Shown: piece after piece, positions 34,095-50,796 of the stretch
How positions within the stretch are numbered: the stretch's first letter is position 1
How the letters are laid out: every line of letters starts with the position of its first letter
NCBI RefSeq assembly: GCF_009914755.1
Contig: NC_060927.1
Length of the DNA stretch: 64,000 bases
Reading direction: 5' to 3' (one strand)
Origin: the human T2T-CHM13v2.0 reference genome, Homo sapiens
Made by a program: the position numbers and the translations under genes
Notes under the pieces: generated by a model
The model's database searches: none
Told to the model about the DNA's origin: nothing
The model's input: only the letters and a program-made list of their open reading frames with translations

Positions 34095-34263
34095 GCTGTG
34101 TTGCCCAATGTGGTAATTAATAAATATTAAAATTAAAATTGAATAAGGTAAAAAATTCAGTTCATCAGTCACATTAGCCACAGTTCAAGTGCTCAACAGC
34201 CACTGTATTGGGCAGCACAGATAGCATTTCCATCATTGTAGACAATTCTACTGGACAGTGCTG
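34095..34263. mobile_element. MER3-like hAT element in OTOL1 intron 1
   Basis: aaattcagttcatcagtcacattagccacagttcaagtgctcaacagcc...tctactggacagtgctg. Confidence 0.7.
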
Positions 34264-35758
34264 GTGAGAGCAAAGTCAGGAATTACCAACTCCAGCATGG
34301 TGCTGTGGTTCTTCAAGATGCACAGGTTTATTACCAGTACAACTTTTTAAATTAGTGGCTGATTTAAAAAGGGTAAATGAAACTTCTGTTGCCTTGCAAG
34401 AATGTGTGCTGACTGATGGATTTTCTGAGTGCTACTTGTAGTTAGGATTAGAAATGGAATGGCTCTGAGGTGGAGAATAAAGCTTAGGATTCCATTTGCT
34501 TCTCATTGAATTTCTGAGGCAATACTGTGTCATTGCCCAGTGATTTCTCCATTGAACACCATGGTTATGTATTTCAAGATTTCAGATGTCTATAATATAT
34601 ACATAATGAATATACTCTTGGCTTTATTCTAATACATTTCAGCTTTTACATGTCATCTAGAAGAGAATTCAAGGTAAAGTTAAGATCAGAATGTCAACTT
34701 AAAATTCACCATTGCCTGAGGAATTTAATGTTATAAACTAAGCAATTATACATCTTCACCAAGCTTTTCATTCATTTCATCCCTTTGTAGGGACCTTTTG
34801 GGAAATGCGGTTAGTATTTATGCAGAGCTGCATTAAGGAGTAAAGGAGATGGGCCGTAGCTTGGGTACCAAGATGTCAGGATTGCTAAAACATTACTGAA
34901 AATTTAATGAGACTGAGAAAATTATATTTACCAGAAGTCTTAGTATCCTATCTGGCTGGTAAGCTGCTTGGCGGTGAAAATCCCAAGGGCATGGTCAAGT
35001 AGACACAGCTGGTTGCTAAACTATTTGCTAAGGCTGTGAGTTCTGTAACATCAGGGCTTTTGTTTTACCCAGTGGTGGATTTAGCTGTGCTGTTCTCAGG
35101 GTTCATTCTCTCCTCTAAATATATATGACAAATAATTCCAAGGTGTGCCAAGTTATTACCCTGCCTGGGGAGCTCATATGTCTTAGTCTGACTGGTTCTG
35201 CCACAGAGCATAGTGCTTGAGAGCTTAGAATGCTGAGACTATCTTGGTCCTACTTAGGGAAGCTACTCTGCTTTGGGAAATCTTAATCTATTCTTTGGGT
35301 CTTAGCTTAATACCATTTTCTCAAGGAAGCCTCTGATCTCATCAGTTAAGTCCTCAATAAGACCTTCGTATTTTTCTTTATATCATTTACTACAATGTGA
35401 CAATTTCTACGTATTTGTGTGGCTATTTGTTAAATGTTTATCTTTCATAGACTCTCAGCTTCACGAGAGTAGGGACTGCTGGAATGTTGATGGCTGCATT
35501 CCTAACACCTTGCAGGGTGCTTGGTGTATAGGATGCCTCAGAAATAGTTAATGAATGAATGAGTAAGTGAATAAAAGGGAAATCCAAAGGTGCTAGGTGT
35601 TGTTTTTACTTCCAATGTGAAAGTGTGGTCCATATGAGGTTAAGTGTCAGATTATCATTTTGTTCTTGTTTGATATAGTGCTGCTTCCCTGAATCATTTG
35701 ATCACTGCCATGAATACAGTGACAAGTACTAATGGTCTCAATTTATCTATTCAGGTAG

Positions 35759-36037
<279 letters not shown>

Positions 36038-38630
36038 TAATTCATTCATGTCAAAACTCAAGGGACATTCTGCATCATTTTTCAGGAGAGCAATTTGCTA
36101 CTTAAAGACTAGATTCTTGCAGATGAGTCAATTTTAAAAATGTAAATACTTGATAAAGCACATTATATTTGATATAAATATGTTAACTTTATAAACAGCC
36201 AGTTGAGAAATTTTAAACTTACCTGGGAACACTGCACACATGCATGCAGGCACACAGATTGTCACACAGCTTTTCCATCTCTCATTGGTCACCTAGCTGA
36301 CCTAGTGACAAGCAGCCACAGAGTATAGTCTCTGGGGAAGGGTATAGAGATACCCTTCCTGTACATGCTCATGTTAGCCTACTTCCTTTGGATGCAAATA
36401 ATTTTGTATTAGATGGAACTAACTAGAGCAGGCAATTCTCTGAATATTCAGTTTAGGTGGATAGTATGCCTGCTAAGAAGAATTTAATATATCCCTTGGC
36501 TCACTCTGAAATCAGAGGCAGTGTCAGTGGTGGGAAGACAACTTAATTAAAACAGAAGTAATCAAGCTTATAATAATGACATTGGGCAAGTCATTTTCTT
36601 TCACCTGGAAATTGAAGGAAATGAACTAGATATTTATTTATATCTTGTTTACTATCGAAGAAGATTTGTAGTTATGAGTGCCTTTATAGCTCTTTTCAAG
36701 CTCAGAAATTCTGTAATTCCATAGGTGTATCAGTAAAGAAGGCTTTCTGTCCCAGGAAATCCCTGGTTCTGTAAGTGCTTAAAGGTACTGAAGGAAGGCT
36801 ACAGATTCACTAGGATATTTAGAAATTCCTCAGTGAATACCAGCAGCCTGTAGAAATACCATCTATCCATCAAGTTAAATGTTTTAGCCTCAGTGTCACA
36901 TGTCAAAAGGCCTAATACCATCTATATATCACCCTCCACATGGCTCAGGAACTGCCTAACTCATTTCTGGTAGAACATTCAGTGAAGTAGTTACTCAAAA
37001 AAATGCTAAGGGAAGAGAGAGCTACTTCACACTTGTCAGTTATGTGATTTTCATTCTTGGAAACATTTAATCCTTTTGTGCCTGAATTATGTTAGCAGAA
37101 AACCTTGTGAAATAAAGATGAGTGATGAACCTCCCCAGTGATTCATACATTTTGGAAGCTAGACTTCTGGAAATAGAAGAAAAAAATAGGGAAGTGTAAT
37201 AAAATAAGGTTCTTAAGAATACACTTTGATGAAGGATCAAAAGTAGAAATTCATTCAGCCATTCTTTATAAAGTAGCAACTCTACTTTCCTTTCACTTCC
37301 AGACTTAGCTTGGACTCTTGGTTAAGATAGAAAGTTAGAAAAAAAAATGAGTTGAATGATTCCATTCTAGTTAATCATTACCTGGTTGAGTAAATTAGGG
37401 GAAGCAATTAAACTCTTTCGAGGAATTCAAGAAGCAGTATAACTCTGTGTGGTGAAGGTTGGTATTTGAGTATTGGCAAAGGCTAGGAATACAATCGGCT
37501 CTTCCCTTCCATTTAGGGCTGGGTTTCTCAAAATGCGTCCAGTTATTTTCCTGATGGCCTAAGGTTTAATTTCCAAATTTTGCATTTCATGCGGAGTGGT
37601 GTTGGGGTAGCTAGCAACTTAGAAAACTCTGCTAAATGACCTATGGTGGGATTTCTCTAGTTGATCTTGTGAAACTGGAGGGAGTCTATTCTCACCACTT
37701 TTAATTTGGCTTAGGATTTATTTTTTCCCTCACAAAAATAAAACAAAAGATAATTAGTTATATCATAAACAATATAGGTAGCAAATTGATGCCAACCAAT
37801 GTTATATGTAGTTGTATTTGACTCTGTCCAGTGCTTTAAATTTTTTCATATCTCAGCTTCTTTTGTTGATAAAATGATGACAAAAATATCTTCCCTACTT
37901 TTCTTGAAGGGCAGGTGCTATAAACTTTTGTGAATTTAAAATTTTCCAACTGATTAAATGTGTTCTGTTATATGAACCTGTGTGCTATAGAAGAGGCTGT
38001 GTTAATGTCAAGTAAAAATTATATTAAATAAAAAGGCTGGATTAAGTAAAAAAAAGGTAAGAGCTTTGAACAGTATCTGTGCAAAGTAAATGTGTAATAA
38101 GAGTGAGATATTATTAATATCATTATTATTGTTATGGTAATTTATAGTTGAAATCAATTCAGTGTGACTGAACTATAATAGTATGGGCTGTTAGTCAGGC
38201 CCAATATAAAAATATATTTTATGGTAATATGACAAATATCTGAAAATCCAGATGTTTTCATTTTTTTCAACTATGAATTCCTACAGTTCTATACTTACAT
38301 AGATACTCTATATAAAGAACAGTTTTTTTCCCGGACTTTTTTTTCTTATCATTGGTTTTAGCCAACTACAGGATGTTGTGCACTCTGTTTAAACTTGTAG
38401 GGAACATGGCATTATTTCTCAGGTGTTGTGGCCATATAAAGAAGGCATTTTAACTTTATTCAAAATTCATATTGGGAAAAACATGAATACATATATATAT
38501 AATACAAGCAGAATGTCATGAGTTTTATGAGAGGTTTGAAGAGCCATGGAAATGCTGAGGGCAAAGATGAATTCTGTTTGAAGGGATCACTGCCTCCAGA
38601 TCGCTAAAATAGTTTACCAGTTGAAATTAA

Positions 38631-38943
<313 letters not shown>

Positions 38944-39057
38944 TACATTCTTTTTCCACACGATTTAACTTTAGCCCATTTTGGTTAAAGAAAACACTAG
39001 AATGTGACATGGTTGTGAGAGGAATATTAAATATATCATAAATGATGTAGTTGGTAA

Positions 39058-39153
<96 letters not shown>

Positions 39154-39788
39154 TGAAATGTATCTACTGTGTACAGTCAGGTGCGCAGTATAGCCCTTCA
39201 TTCTCTTCCTGCTTGTATTTAAAATTATCAGAGAGGTAAGCTGAAAATACAAATTACTGTTATTCTTCTAATAATTCAGTGTACTGACTCAGTGAAGGAG
39301 AACCAGTCTAGGAATTTGGAGACCAGGTAATAGTATCTGTGCTCTGCTTCTCTCTCTAGCTGTCAATGGAAAATAAAAATCCCTCACTCGTTCTGGGTCT
39401 CAGTTTCCTTGCCAATAATAATTTAGGCTTGAATGGACAATATGGGGATTTAGGGGAATACCTGGGTTAGGCCAAAATGCAAAGGGTAATGGAATACAAC
39501 GAACAACTACAGTCCTAATATTCTTTATTATCTTAAAAGTGAAAAAACAAAAAGAATTAGATATATGGCATCTGAATATAAGCCACTGTTTCTTGGAAAC
39601 ATTAACTATTCCCCTTCTAAGAGCATGGCATAATATAAATTATTCATTGTCAGAGCCTCCTAAGTGTGCACAGTTTTTACTGAGGAAAGAATCAGGTTTC
39701 CTAATTAGTAGGTTTGTTTCTACTTTTTTGAGCTCTGTGGTAATAGCATGCTGTTTATGGCCTATGTGATCCTTAAACATTATTTTAA

Positions 39789-40718
<930 letters not shown>

Positions 40719-40782
40719 ATTTGTGTCCTGAATCCTGTAGTTTAGATTCAGTGGAATAAGTCAGTTAACACAGAGTAGTGCT

Positions 40783-41031
40783 ATTAAAAAATAACTTCCA
40801 TTTTTTCAAGATTATAAAAATAATACAGAAAAATTAAAAAAGTCACCTAGTCAATTATTATTCCTATTTTAAGGCACCTCCTTTAAAAATATTTATATGT
40901 ATTTCAGAGCATATGTCTATTAACTTTGTAGGTAGCTTTTAAAATTTGGCATTATTAGCATTAGTCATTCCATTTAAGCATAATAATTAATATTTGTATA
41001 CAAAGTATGAATGGGATTTATAATTAATAAA
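40783..41031 (+). terminator. Candidate OTOL1 polyadenylation signals (ATTAAA 40783-40788; AATAAA 41026-41031)
   Basis: Hexamers 3' of the stop codon. The region is AT-rich, so chance occurrence is likely and usage is unverified. Confidence 0.35.
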
Positions 41032-41597
41032 TGTATTCTTGCTAAATATCTTCTATATCTCAGATCAATGTGTGTCACTTCTTTCTGTGTGAATTGCAGA
41101 GTATGACAGCAAGTTTTTGACTCTCTTGGGTGGGTTGCCTTCTGACAAAATGGAGCTATTCTCATGTTAGTTTAATTCATGGAGACGACACAGAAAGGGT
41201 GGCAAAGACTAGCTAAAGGATATTTAAAATTTATCAGTGTGTAAAGGTTTGCTTAGAAAACTTATATTATATGGACTTGTGTATTGGGTAAAATGTAAGA
41301 AAAAGTTGATGATCATAGTGAAGATGAAATCATTCATCAAATTATTGTGCTTAGAAGAACTGAATGTCCCCAAAAGAATCAAGAATAAAATGAAATCATT
41401 ATTGATCTGAATTTTTGCCTTTTCTTCATGATAGAACATTTAATTAGGATAAATTCTTTGGCATCATTATCATCATTTCTATAATAATTAATTCCAGTTA
41501 TTCAGAGATAACATTGCTGGAGCAGGTGGGGATTTGGGAGTTCATTTGCAATGCAAATGTATAATAATTGTGAATATTTGATAATTCAGTGGTTTCA

Positions 41598-41934
41598 TTT
41601 TTTTTTTCTGTTTTTTTTTTTTTTTGTTGTTGTTGTTGTTTTGAGACAGGATTTTGCTCTGTAGCCCAAGCTGGAGTGCAGTGGAGTGATTCTGGCTCAC
41701 TGCATCCTCAACTTCCTATGCCCAAGTGTTCCTCCCACCTTAGCCTCCCAAGTACTTGGGAACACAGGCCTTTGTCACCATGCTTGGCTAATTTATTTAT
41801 TTATTCTTTATTTTTGTATAGATGGAATCTCCCTATGTTACCCAGGCTGGTCGTAAACTCCTGGGCTCAAGTGATCCTCCTGCCTTGGTCTCCCAAAGTG
41901 TTGGGATTATGGGTGTGAGCCACTGCGCCTGGCT
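41598..41934 (-). mobile_element. AluJ-like element
   Basis: PolyT/(TTG)n tail and diverged antisense Alu arms. Confidence 0.9.
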
Positions 41935-42106
41935 GGTTTCATCTTTTAAGAAAGAAAATTTATTGAATCCAAATTGAATTTGGTTCTATGAAGGTATAGT
42001 TATGCAGATTTGGAAATCTTGGTGCATCAAGACAGGGAGTGGGTGATAGAAAACTTTCTGGTCTGCTCTGCCTACTTTGTTGCACTGCCTACTTTGGCAA
42101 ACACCA

Positions 42107-42278
42107 TTCACTTTTGAGGCTGTCACTCATATATATATGTACACACACATATGTATATACACACATATACATACACACGTATGTATATGCACACACATAT
42201 ACATACACATATGTATATACACATATATATATACACATATGTATATATTTATATATGAGTGAGAGCCTCAAAAGTGAA
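42107..42278. repeat. 29-bp inverted repeat enclosing a (TA/CA)n microsatellite
   Basis: ttcacttttgaggctgtcactcatatata ... tatatatgagtgagagcctcaaaagtgaa; 1 mismatch. Confidence 0.93.
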
Positions 42279-43689
42279 CGATGTTTATATACATGTGTTT
42301 CTCAAACTGTGTTCAGAGGAATACCATTTCTGGAAGTTGGTATTATGAACTACTGGAAAAAAGTGGGTTCTGCCTCAAACAAATATTGGAAGTACTATAT
42401 TCTGTCTTCCTGTTGCAGATCTATAAAGCACATTAGTGTAGTCTCGGATGTTCCCGCAGAAAATAAGTTTGTTTAATTTTATTTTATCCAATGATCACGT
42501 TTATTTTGGGTATAGAATTGATCAAGTAACATACTGTGAAAGAGCATTCTGTAGTATATCCATTTTGGAAATGTTGCATTTGTTTCTCATTTAAGGATCC
42601 AAGTGGGGTAAAGTTAACTCCTGACGTTTCTCCCTTTCTTCAGCAGTTCTTCCCTGTTGAGAATGAAATATTGCTTTAGTTGTAGCTCTGCTTGTTATTT
42701 GTCAGAGGGAGAATAAGATAATTTGCAAGTGATTTAAAAAGTGATGTTTACACTTAAAGATTTTTCTTTTTCCAATTAGAATTGAATAATAAAGAAATTC
42801 AGGAACTTAGAGTTTTGTCTCTTATTCCTATGTTCTTATGTTTATTTTTTTTTCTTTATATCATCTCTATGAGTGGATTGGAACAATCTGGGGAGGCTGA
42901 GAGACAAGCAGCCCAGAAGATAGAAGAAAAAAACCACGCCACAGGATTTGATACAAAAGAGAACCAGGCAGAGCACCCGTAGGGGTACAACAATTCATGT
43001 GTAAGATTTGGAGTATCTGTCAGCACCTTACACCAGTGTTTGTGGCTGACATTTCATAGGAAGTCTGGAGTTACGAGCTCAGGGTTAGGATCCAGGAGTA
43101 GTAGTTGATTATGAGTTCTCTCCGGGGCATCCAAACCAAGGAAGTTGCTATTCTCTGGTAGTGGCTTTGGAGGGAGGTTCTAGGTTCTTCACTCCATTTT
43201 CTGCTACGAAGGTGGAGAATTGGACAACCGACTATCACCATCTTTCAACAACATCATGTCTCCCATCTTGTCAAAAGGAGAAAAATCAAGGAAAGCAGAA
43301 AAAAAAAAGAAAATTAAAATCCCATCCCAAGGATTTGAACACAACCCCTAGCTTGTTCCTACCCTGATGATTACCAAATATACACACCTGACTGCCAGCC
43401 CTGAGTACTAAACTGCTTGAGTGAAATGTACATCCCAAGCTTAACATGACAAAATCAAGTTGCTCCTCCCACATTCTACCTTAACTCACGTAGTGACAAG
43501 TTCTGTCTAGCTTCTCAGGCTAAAACCTTGTGTCACTTGATTTTTCTCTTTTATACTTAAATGTAATCTGTCAGATAATCCTTTTGGTGCTTCCTTCAGA
43601 ATGTGTACAGAGTTTGAGGAATAGTGCCTCTTCACTGCCACAACCTTGGGTCAAACTATAGCCAAGTATTGCAATAAATGTAACTCTCT

Positions 43690-44970
43690 CACATATAAGA
43701 GATCCAAGGCCCTAATGCAAATAAAGCTCAACATACCACATGTTGAAATATTTAAAGCTTAAAAATGAAGCTAACAAATGTTTATTTAAAATATCTTCTA
43801 TCCTTCTACTTTGAAATATAAGCATTTTTGTTGAAACAAATAGAAAATAAAGTATGGCTTTTTACATCACTCACAGTAAACAAAATATCAAAAGTGACTT
43901 CATTACTATGGTGTATGTCTAGGTGTCCTAGTAATAGGCAGGTGATATTTGGATGAGTAATAAGACAAAGACATTAATTCATAAATTACTCTATATTTAT
44001 CCCATAAATGTTATTTTTAAAACTGAATTTCAGACAAATATGATATATTTTGTAATCAAGCTTTCCATACAGTACATGTTCTGTTGACAGTTCTGTCAAA
44101 TTTGACCACCTTTGTTGAGTCATTGTATTTCTTACTAATTTTAAAAAATTAATTTCTATTTAGAGAAAGTTTTCTCAGCTGAATTGGCAGTAAGACTTGA
44201 AAATGCAGTAGTAATTTTATGATTAAGTTTTGGTTCAAATTGTAAGGGGGTTTGCATAAGATGCATTATTACTATTGCAGACAATATTGGAAGATACTGA
44301 AATTGTATATATAAACCAATGATCAGTTATATTGCCATTTCGTCATCTCTTAAAATACTATTTTAGAATCTACATTCATTATGAATTTTCAGTCTAGACC
44401 TGCATTAATACAAATTTGGGTGATATGAGTTCTTATCCTTTAGCCATTAAATGTGCAACTTTTCCAAATGCCATGCAATTCATGAGTATCTCAAGAATGG
44501 TAAAATGAAACACAAAGAGAAAGTAGGAAAATGAATGCCCAGGACAACTGATATATAACACACTGTTATCTATGGTATTTGTGCTCCCCAAAAGGAAAGA
44601 CTTGATAAGTTAAGTTGCATTTCTCTTAATCAAGCCCACCTGTTGCTCAACTCTTCCCATGCCAAACCCATGATAGCAGCAGTACAACCCAGTAAACCTG
44701 ATGCTGTTTGGAGACGGTCATCTTTTGTTTGATGTGCAGAGGGTAAGAAGCATGGAGGTGAGTTTCTCAGGGTTCCTGAAGGGTGTTAGTCAAAGGAGCA
44801 CATGTTTAAGATTACAGATTGTACTGAACCAGAAATGAACCCTGATCTCTAATCAAGGTGCTCTGAGTACTATAATAAATTTATACATTGTTGTGCTTGT
44901 TTTATGAAGAACTCTTTAAGGCATGGGTCTAGGGCAGGGCCCCTGTTGCATACATCTAAAGGCAGTATTG
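43690..44970 (-). mobile_element. hAT DNA transposon fossil with a transposase C-terminal remnant, inserted within an L2
   Basis: The minus strand at about 44050-44195 translates SAEKTFSK*KLI /frameshift/ RNTMTQQRWSNLTELSTEH..LDY, resembling the hAT dimerisation motif. Boundaries approximate. Confidence 0.7.
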
Positions 44971-45004
44971 CCTATTTCCATCTTGGAAAAATAAAATTAT
45001 TCAT

Positions 45005-45160
45005 TTTTATTTTGAGGTGGGGTCCTGCTCTGTCAACCAGGCTGGAGTGCAGTGGTGCTAACATGGCTCACTGCAGCCTCACCTCCCAGGCTCAAGTGAT
45101 CCTTCTGCTTCAGCCTCCTGAGTAGCTGGGACTACATATTCCTCCCACCACTCCCAGTTT
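45005..45160 (-). mobile_element. Alu fragment (old)
   Basis: ctgctctgtcaaccaggctggagtgcagtgg...gtagctgggactaca. Confidence 0.85.
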
Positions 45161-45199
45161 ATTTCTGCTTTTGACTCCTTTGATCAAAGCAATCCTGTT

Positions 45200-45745
45200 A
45201 AAAAAAAAAGTGGCTCATCTTACCCCTCTGTGCAGAGTCTCTTGAAGCTCCCATCTTATCTGAAGTAGATGTTAAATCCTCACTGTGACCAGAAAGGCTC
45301 CGTGTGATCTGGCCCCATGTGTCCTCTCTGTCTTCATCTCCTGCCTTCTCCTCCACCCTTGCTCTGGACATTGGCCTCAACCCTTTTCAAATTCACCAGG
45401 CATTTTTCTACTCAGTACTTTTTACGTGCCATTCTATGTAGATGGCTCTGACTCCAGGCAATGGCGTATCTGGTTTTGCCTCTTTCAAACCTTTATTCAA
45501 ATTTTTTTCAGGTGAGGCCTTCTTGGACCACTTGATTTTAAATTGCAATTCCCCTTCCCTGATCCTTGTCCCTGCTTTATTTTTGCTCTATAGCACTAAT
45601 CACTGTCTAATGCGTTATGTATTTCATGTATTGTTCTTGTTACTTTTCTGTCTTCTCACTAGAAAGTAAGTTCCACCACGCCAGGGAGTTTTGCCTGTTT
45701 ATTGTTCCATCCCCAGGGTCAGCATATTAAATATGTGTTCAATGA
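45200..45745. mobile_element. L2 3' fragment
   Basis: tgtcttctcactagaaagtaagttcc...tgttcaatgaat terminal motif. Confidence 0.65.
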
Positions 45746-46094
45746 ATCCAGATTGATAGGGTCCAAACAGATGTGATAGTTATAGATACCTCCACAAGGT
45801 GGTGCTCACAGATTATTTTTGCTTTTGGTTTCCATTTTAATTAATAATAAAAACAAACAAACCCCAAAGCCCTAGTCTGTTACAAAGTAAATAAAATATT
45901 GACTTAGATTTCAAAATTGAGAACCTGATTTCATAAAATACCATGTTTTATGTTTCAGTGTCAGAGAGCTACACATTTTTTTTTTCCTTGTTGGGACATA
46001 GGACTATTGGGCAGTTCTATACAGTTGCTATGAAAAACTTATAACTGTGGAAGGAGACCATGTATCCTGTCATCTGGATAAGATGCTCTTGAAT

Positions 46095-46505
46095 GGAGTC
46101 CCAATCCACTTTTATCTCCCTCTTCAGTATAAAATGGGTCATCCTGAGTCCTGGGATAGAATATATTCCAGGTGTTAGTGCCTTCAGGAACTGCCTCAGC
46201 TGCAGAGGTGCCTCATTTGAAGTTATGCCCTTCCCAGGACAGTCCAAATCTGGTAACTCAGCAAGTTGGGTATATAAGGTCTGGCCATTTCAGTTCTCCA
46301 AGGCCACTTTGACAGGCCATATTTGCTCCAGAGCTCTCTGCTGGTTGGCCAAGTCTCTGCCAGGACTTACTGCAGCTCAACTTCTTCCCTGCCCTATTCT
46401 ACCCAATTCTGCCTCCTCTTCTTTCCTTTCACAGGGAATCTGTGAACATCTTGCACTTCAAACGCTATCTCCACATCTGCTTTTGGAGATCCAACTGGTG
46501 ACAAT
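46095..46505. mobile_element. ERVL-type LTR (LTR16-like)
   Basis: cctcagctgcagag...cccttcccaggacagtccaaatc...ctcaacttcttccctgccc. Confidence 0.5.
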
Positions 46506-48429
46506 GAGGTGTAAAATGTGAGAGAAAGTGGTAGAGTGTACAATTTTGTGGACTACTTGTTTGTTCCCTTCTCCCTGACCTCTCCTTTGCTCTGGGCCAG
46601 AGCTGAAAGAAAAAATGAATACATTATTGGAAGATTTTGGCCTGACATTTAGGTCCAGAGAACCTCTGTTGTCTGACCGTAGTGGTTGACAGCACAGGCT
46701 CAAGAACAACATGTACTTAGTTAGAATTTCATTTACTGGTGATACGACTTGAACAAGACACTGAGTCTGTCTGCACCTCAGTTTCTTCATCTATAAAATG
46801 AGATTTTACTGTAATAAAGGAGTTTATGATTACAAAGCTCTTAGAATTGTGTCTGGCACATAGTAAGTGCAAGATAGGTGCTTGTTTAACAAATAAGAAA
46901 GCTAGCTTTATTCAAGTCAAATGTCAGAAAGGAGGCATTTTTTATATGGGTCGAACTCCTTTTCATAGTCAAGTGTGTATGAGTTTTTTAGCTGATGGAC
47001 GTAGGACTGTTGAAGGAGGTAAAATCAGGACTGGTCTGGGCTCAGTGTAGGATCAGAGGTGATAGGATTGATTGAATTGTAGCTTTTCATTTAATCAAGG
47101 TCTTCCCATGGAACATCTAAATTATATAGACATAAAACTAGTGTGGTTTATGAAGGATACATTAAAATAAAGTGTTACTTCTTTGAAATGAGATTAAAAT
47201 TTACTTGCTCTTCAAAATCACCATTAATAAAGTTTATATACCAAAGTGCATAGATTTGCCTTCATATTTAGGCACCCAGGGTCACTGTCTTGAATTGTCA
47301 CGCTGATCACATGCTTTTTAGACACCTGAACAAGACACTGAGAGAGGGCCCACCCAAAGATGGATATTCTGCTGATCTGAAAGGTAATGACAGTGACAAA
47401 TGAGACCTCCCAGTGGACCATAGTGAGGATTAGCAGCAGGAAATTGCATCAGCTCAGTGATTAAGGCAACATCAGCAGTCAGAAGACAGCAGCAGGGCAG
47501 GTGGCCTTGGTCTTGCTGCTGTCTCATCTGATCCGTCTCACAGGGTGATGAGTCTGAGATGTGTCTGCCTGGTCTGCAAACACAATATTCCCCTGCTTCC
47601 CCCAACTTTCTTTCTTTCTTCTTCTTTTTTTTTTTTGAAAATAAATGAGCAACAAGAAATTTGGAACATCCAGATTATTCAATGTCAGAGCTATTGCCAA
47701 AGCAGCACGCCCACTCTCCTCGGATATTGAATGCAAGTTAAAATTGCCTCTGGCAAAAGGTTTTGTGAAGGCCTTCCTCATTCATTTTAATTCAAGAAAA
47801 ATTAATGAGCACCTACTATGTACCAGGCACTAGGCTCAATGCCAGGGATACAAAGATAAATGAGATAATTTCTTGGCTTCAAGGAAGTCACAGTTGAATG
47901 AAAGAGGCATCTAAGTAACAGCAACGGTTGTTCCATCTTTTTTGTCTCAGGGATGGACGAGGACCTAAATGCCATGGCAATTATAGGAGAAATTGAGAAA
48001 ACACTTGATCTAGCAAGTTGGTTGATTAATGTTCTAATTTCAACTGCTCCAAGGAGTATTAGGCAAGAATTTATTTCAAAATGTTCTGCCTCAGCAGAAG
48101 AAAAATGTTAAATAAAAATTCTAAGAACAACATTTTCACAATGGGGTGTTACCATGTGGGACTCTAAATCTTGTTTCTAAGACCTTGGATTGATAAGGAG
48201 AGAGAAGACTAAAGAACTGTATGGGGAAATTAGAAGTTGAAACCTGGCAGAGTCAAGGACCAAAGTAGGCAGAGGCATTATTGTCACTCTCACCTGAGCC
48301 TGGAAAGATCTCAATAATCATCTCACCAGCTCCTTTTGAGGGAAGAGAATCCAAAGCTTGTATGCTGTATCTCAAAATGTGTGGCCCAAGAACCCACAGA
48401 TATATCATTCACATTTCCAATAAAGACTC

Positions 48430-48930
48430 CCGATTTTAAAAGTGAAATAAATTTTGGGGATATCACATATCAACAGAAAAAACACAAGTATTAAATGTGC
48501 AGCTTGATGACTCTAAACATATGACTATGCCCATTAAACCAAGACCATATCATTATATGGCTATTTTCCAGTACCTGGAAGTCTTCTTGTGCCCATTTCC
48601 AGTTAAATTTCCCACCCCACAAACATAGCCACTACTCTAATTTCTATTACCATAGGTTAATCTTGCATGTTTCTGAACTTTTTATAAATGAATTCATGCT
48701 CTTGCACATCTGCTTTCTTTCTTCAACATTCTGTCTGGGAGATCATCCATGTTGTTGTGGAGATCAGTAGTACTTAAGATGTTGAACATCTAATTGGTCA
48801 TGCTGACTGGCCATTTGTGTATCTTCTTTTATGAAGTGGCAGCTCAATATTTTGGCCCAATTTTATTGGATCGTCAGTCCCTTTCTTATTGACATATAGG
48901 AGTTCTTTAGATTGTCTCCATACAAGACTC
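48430..48930 (-). mobile_element. Ancient L1ME-type 3' fragment
   Basis: gccactactctaatttctattaccataggttaatcttgc...ggccatttgtgtatcttcttttatgaag. Confidence 0.65.
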
Positions 48931-49141
48931 CTGTATTTTAATTTACTTCTATTGTTTTCTCCAAGTAGCTTAAGTTTGTTCCCTGAATCATCTTCTCCCT
49001 TTCATTCATTACCCTTAAGTTTCCAAAACTTTTGAACTTAAGCTTCTCTGCTGGCTTTCTACCTTTGTAGACCCCAAATTTGCATCCAAAAAAGTGAGTT
49101 AGATGTAATTGACTGAAAATCCTTTTAAAATTTTATCCTCT

Positions 49142-50503
<1,362 letters not shown>

Positions 50504-50796
50504 GGAAAGAAAATAAAGGCAATAGATAGAATATCTGATGGTAGAATTTCAGGAATTAGAAAACTGATGGAATTTTTTTTTATTATTTTTTACAGAGATT
50601 GGGAACAGGAATGGCCAATGAAAGCTATATTTTTATACCTCTGAAGTCCAACTATGCTGTAATGTCTTAAATTTTTTTTTTAAATTTGGGATAATTAGCT
50701 TTAAGGGATGGGATGTTGACCAAAGGAAGAAAAAATTTATTCATCAATAAATGATGCTTCATTAAAAAAGAAAAGATTAAGGATTATATGGCTATT

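Noticed and set aside
36336-36359. Perfect 10-bp hairpin ggaagggtat-agag-atacccttcc in intron 2
   Set aside because: It is short and isolated, with no RNA-gene context to support a function.
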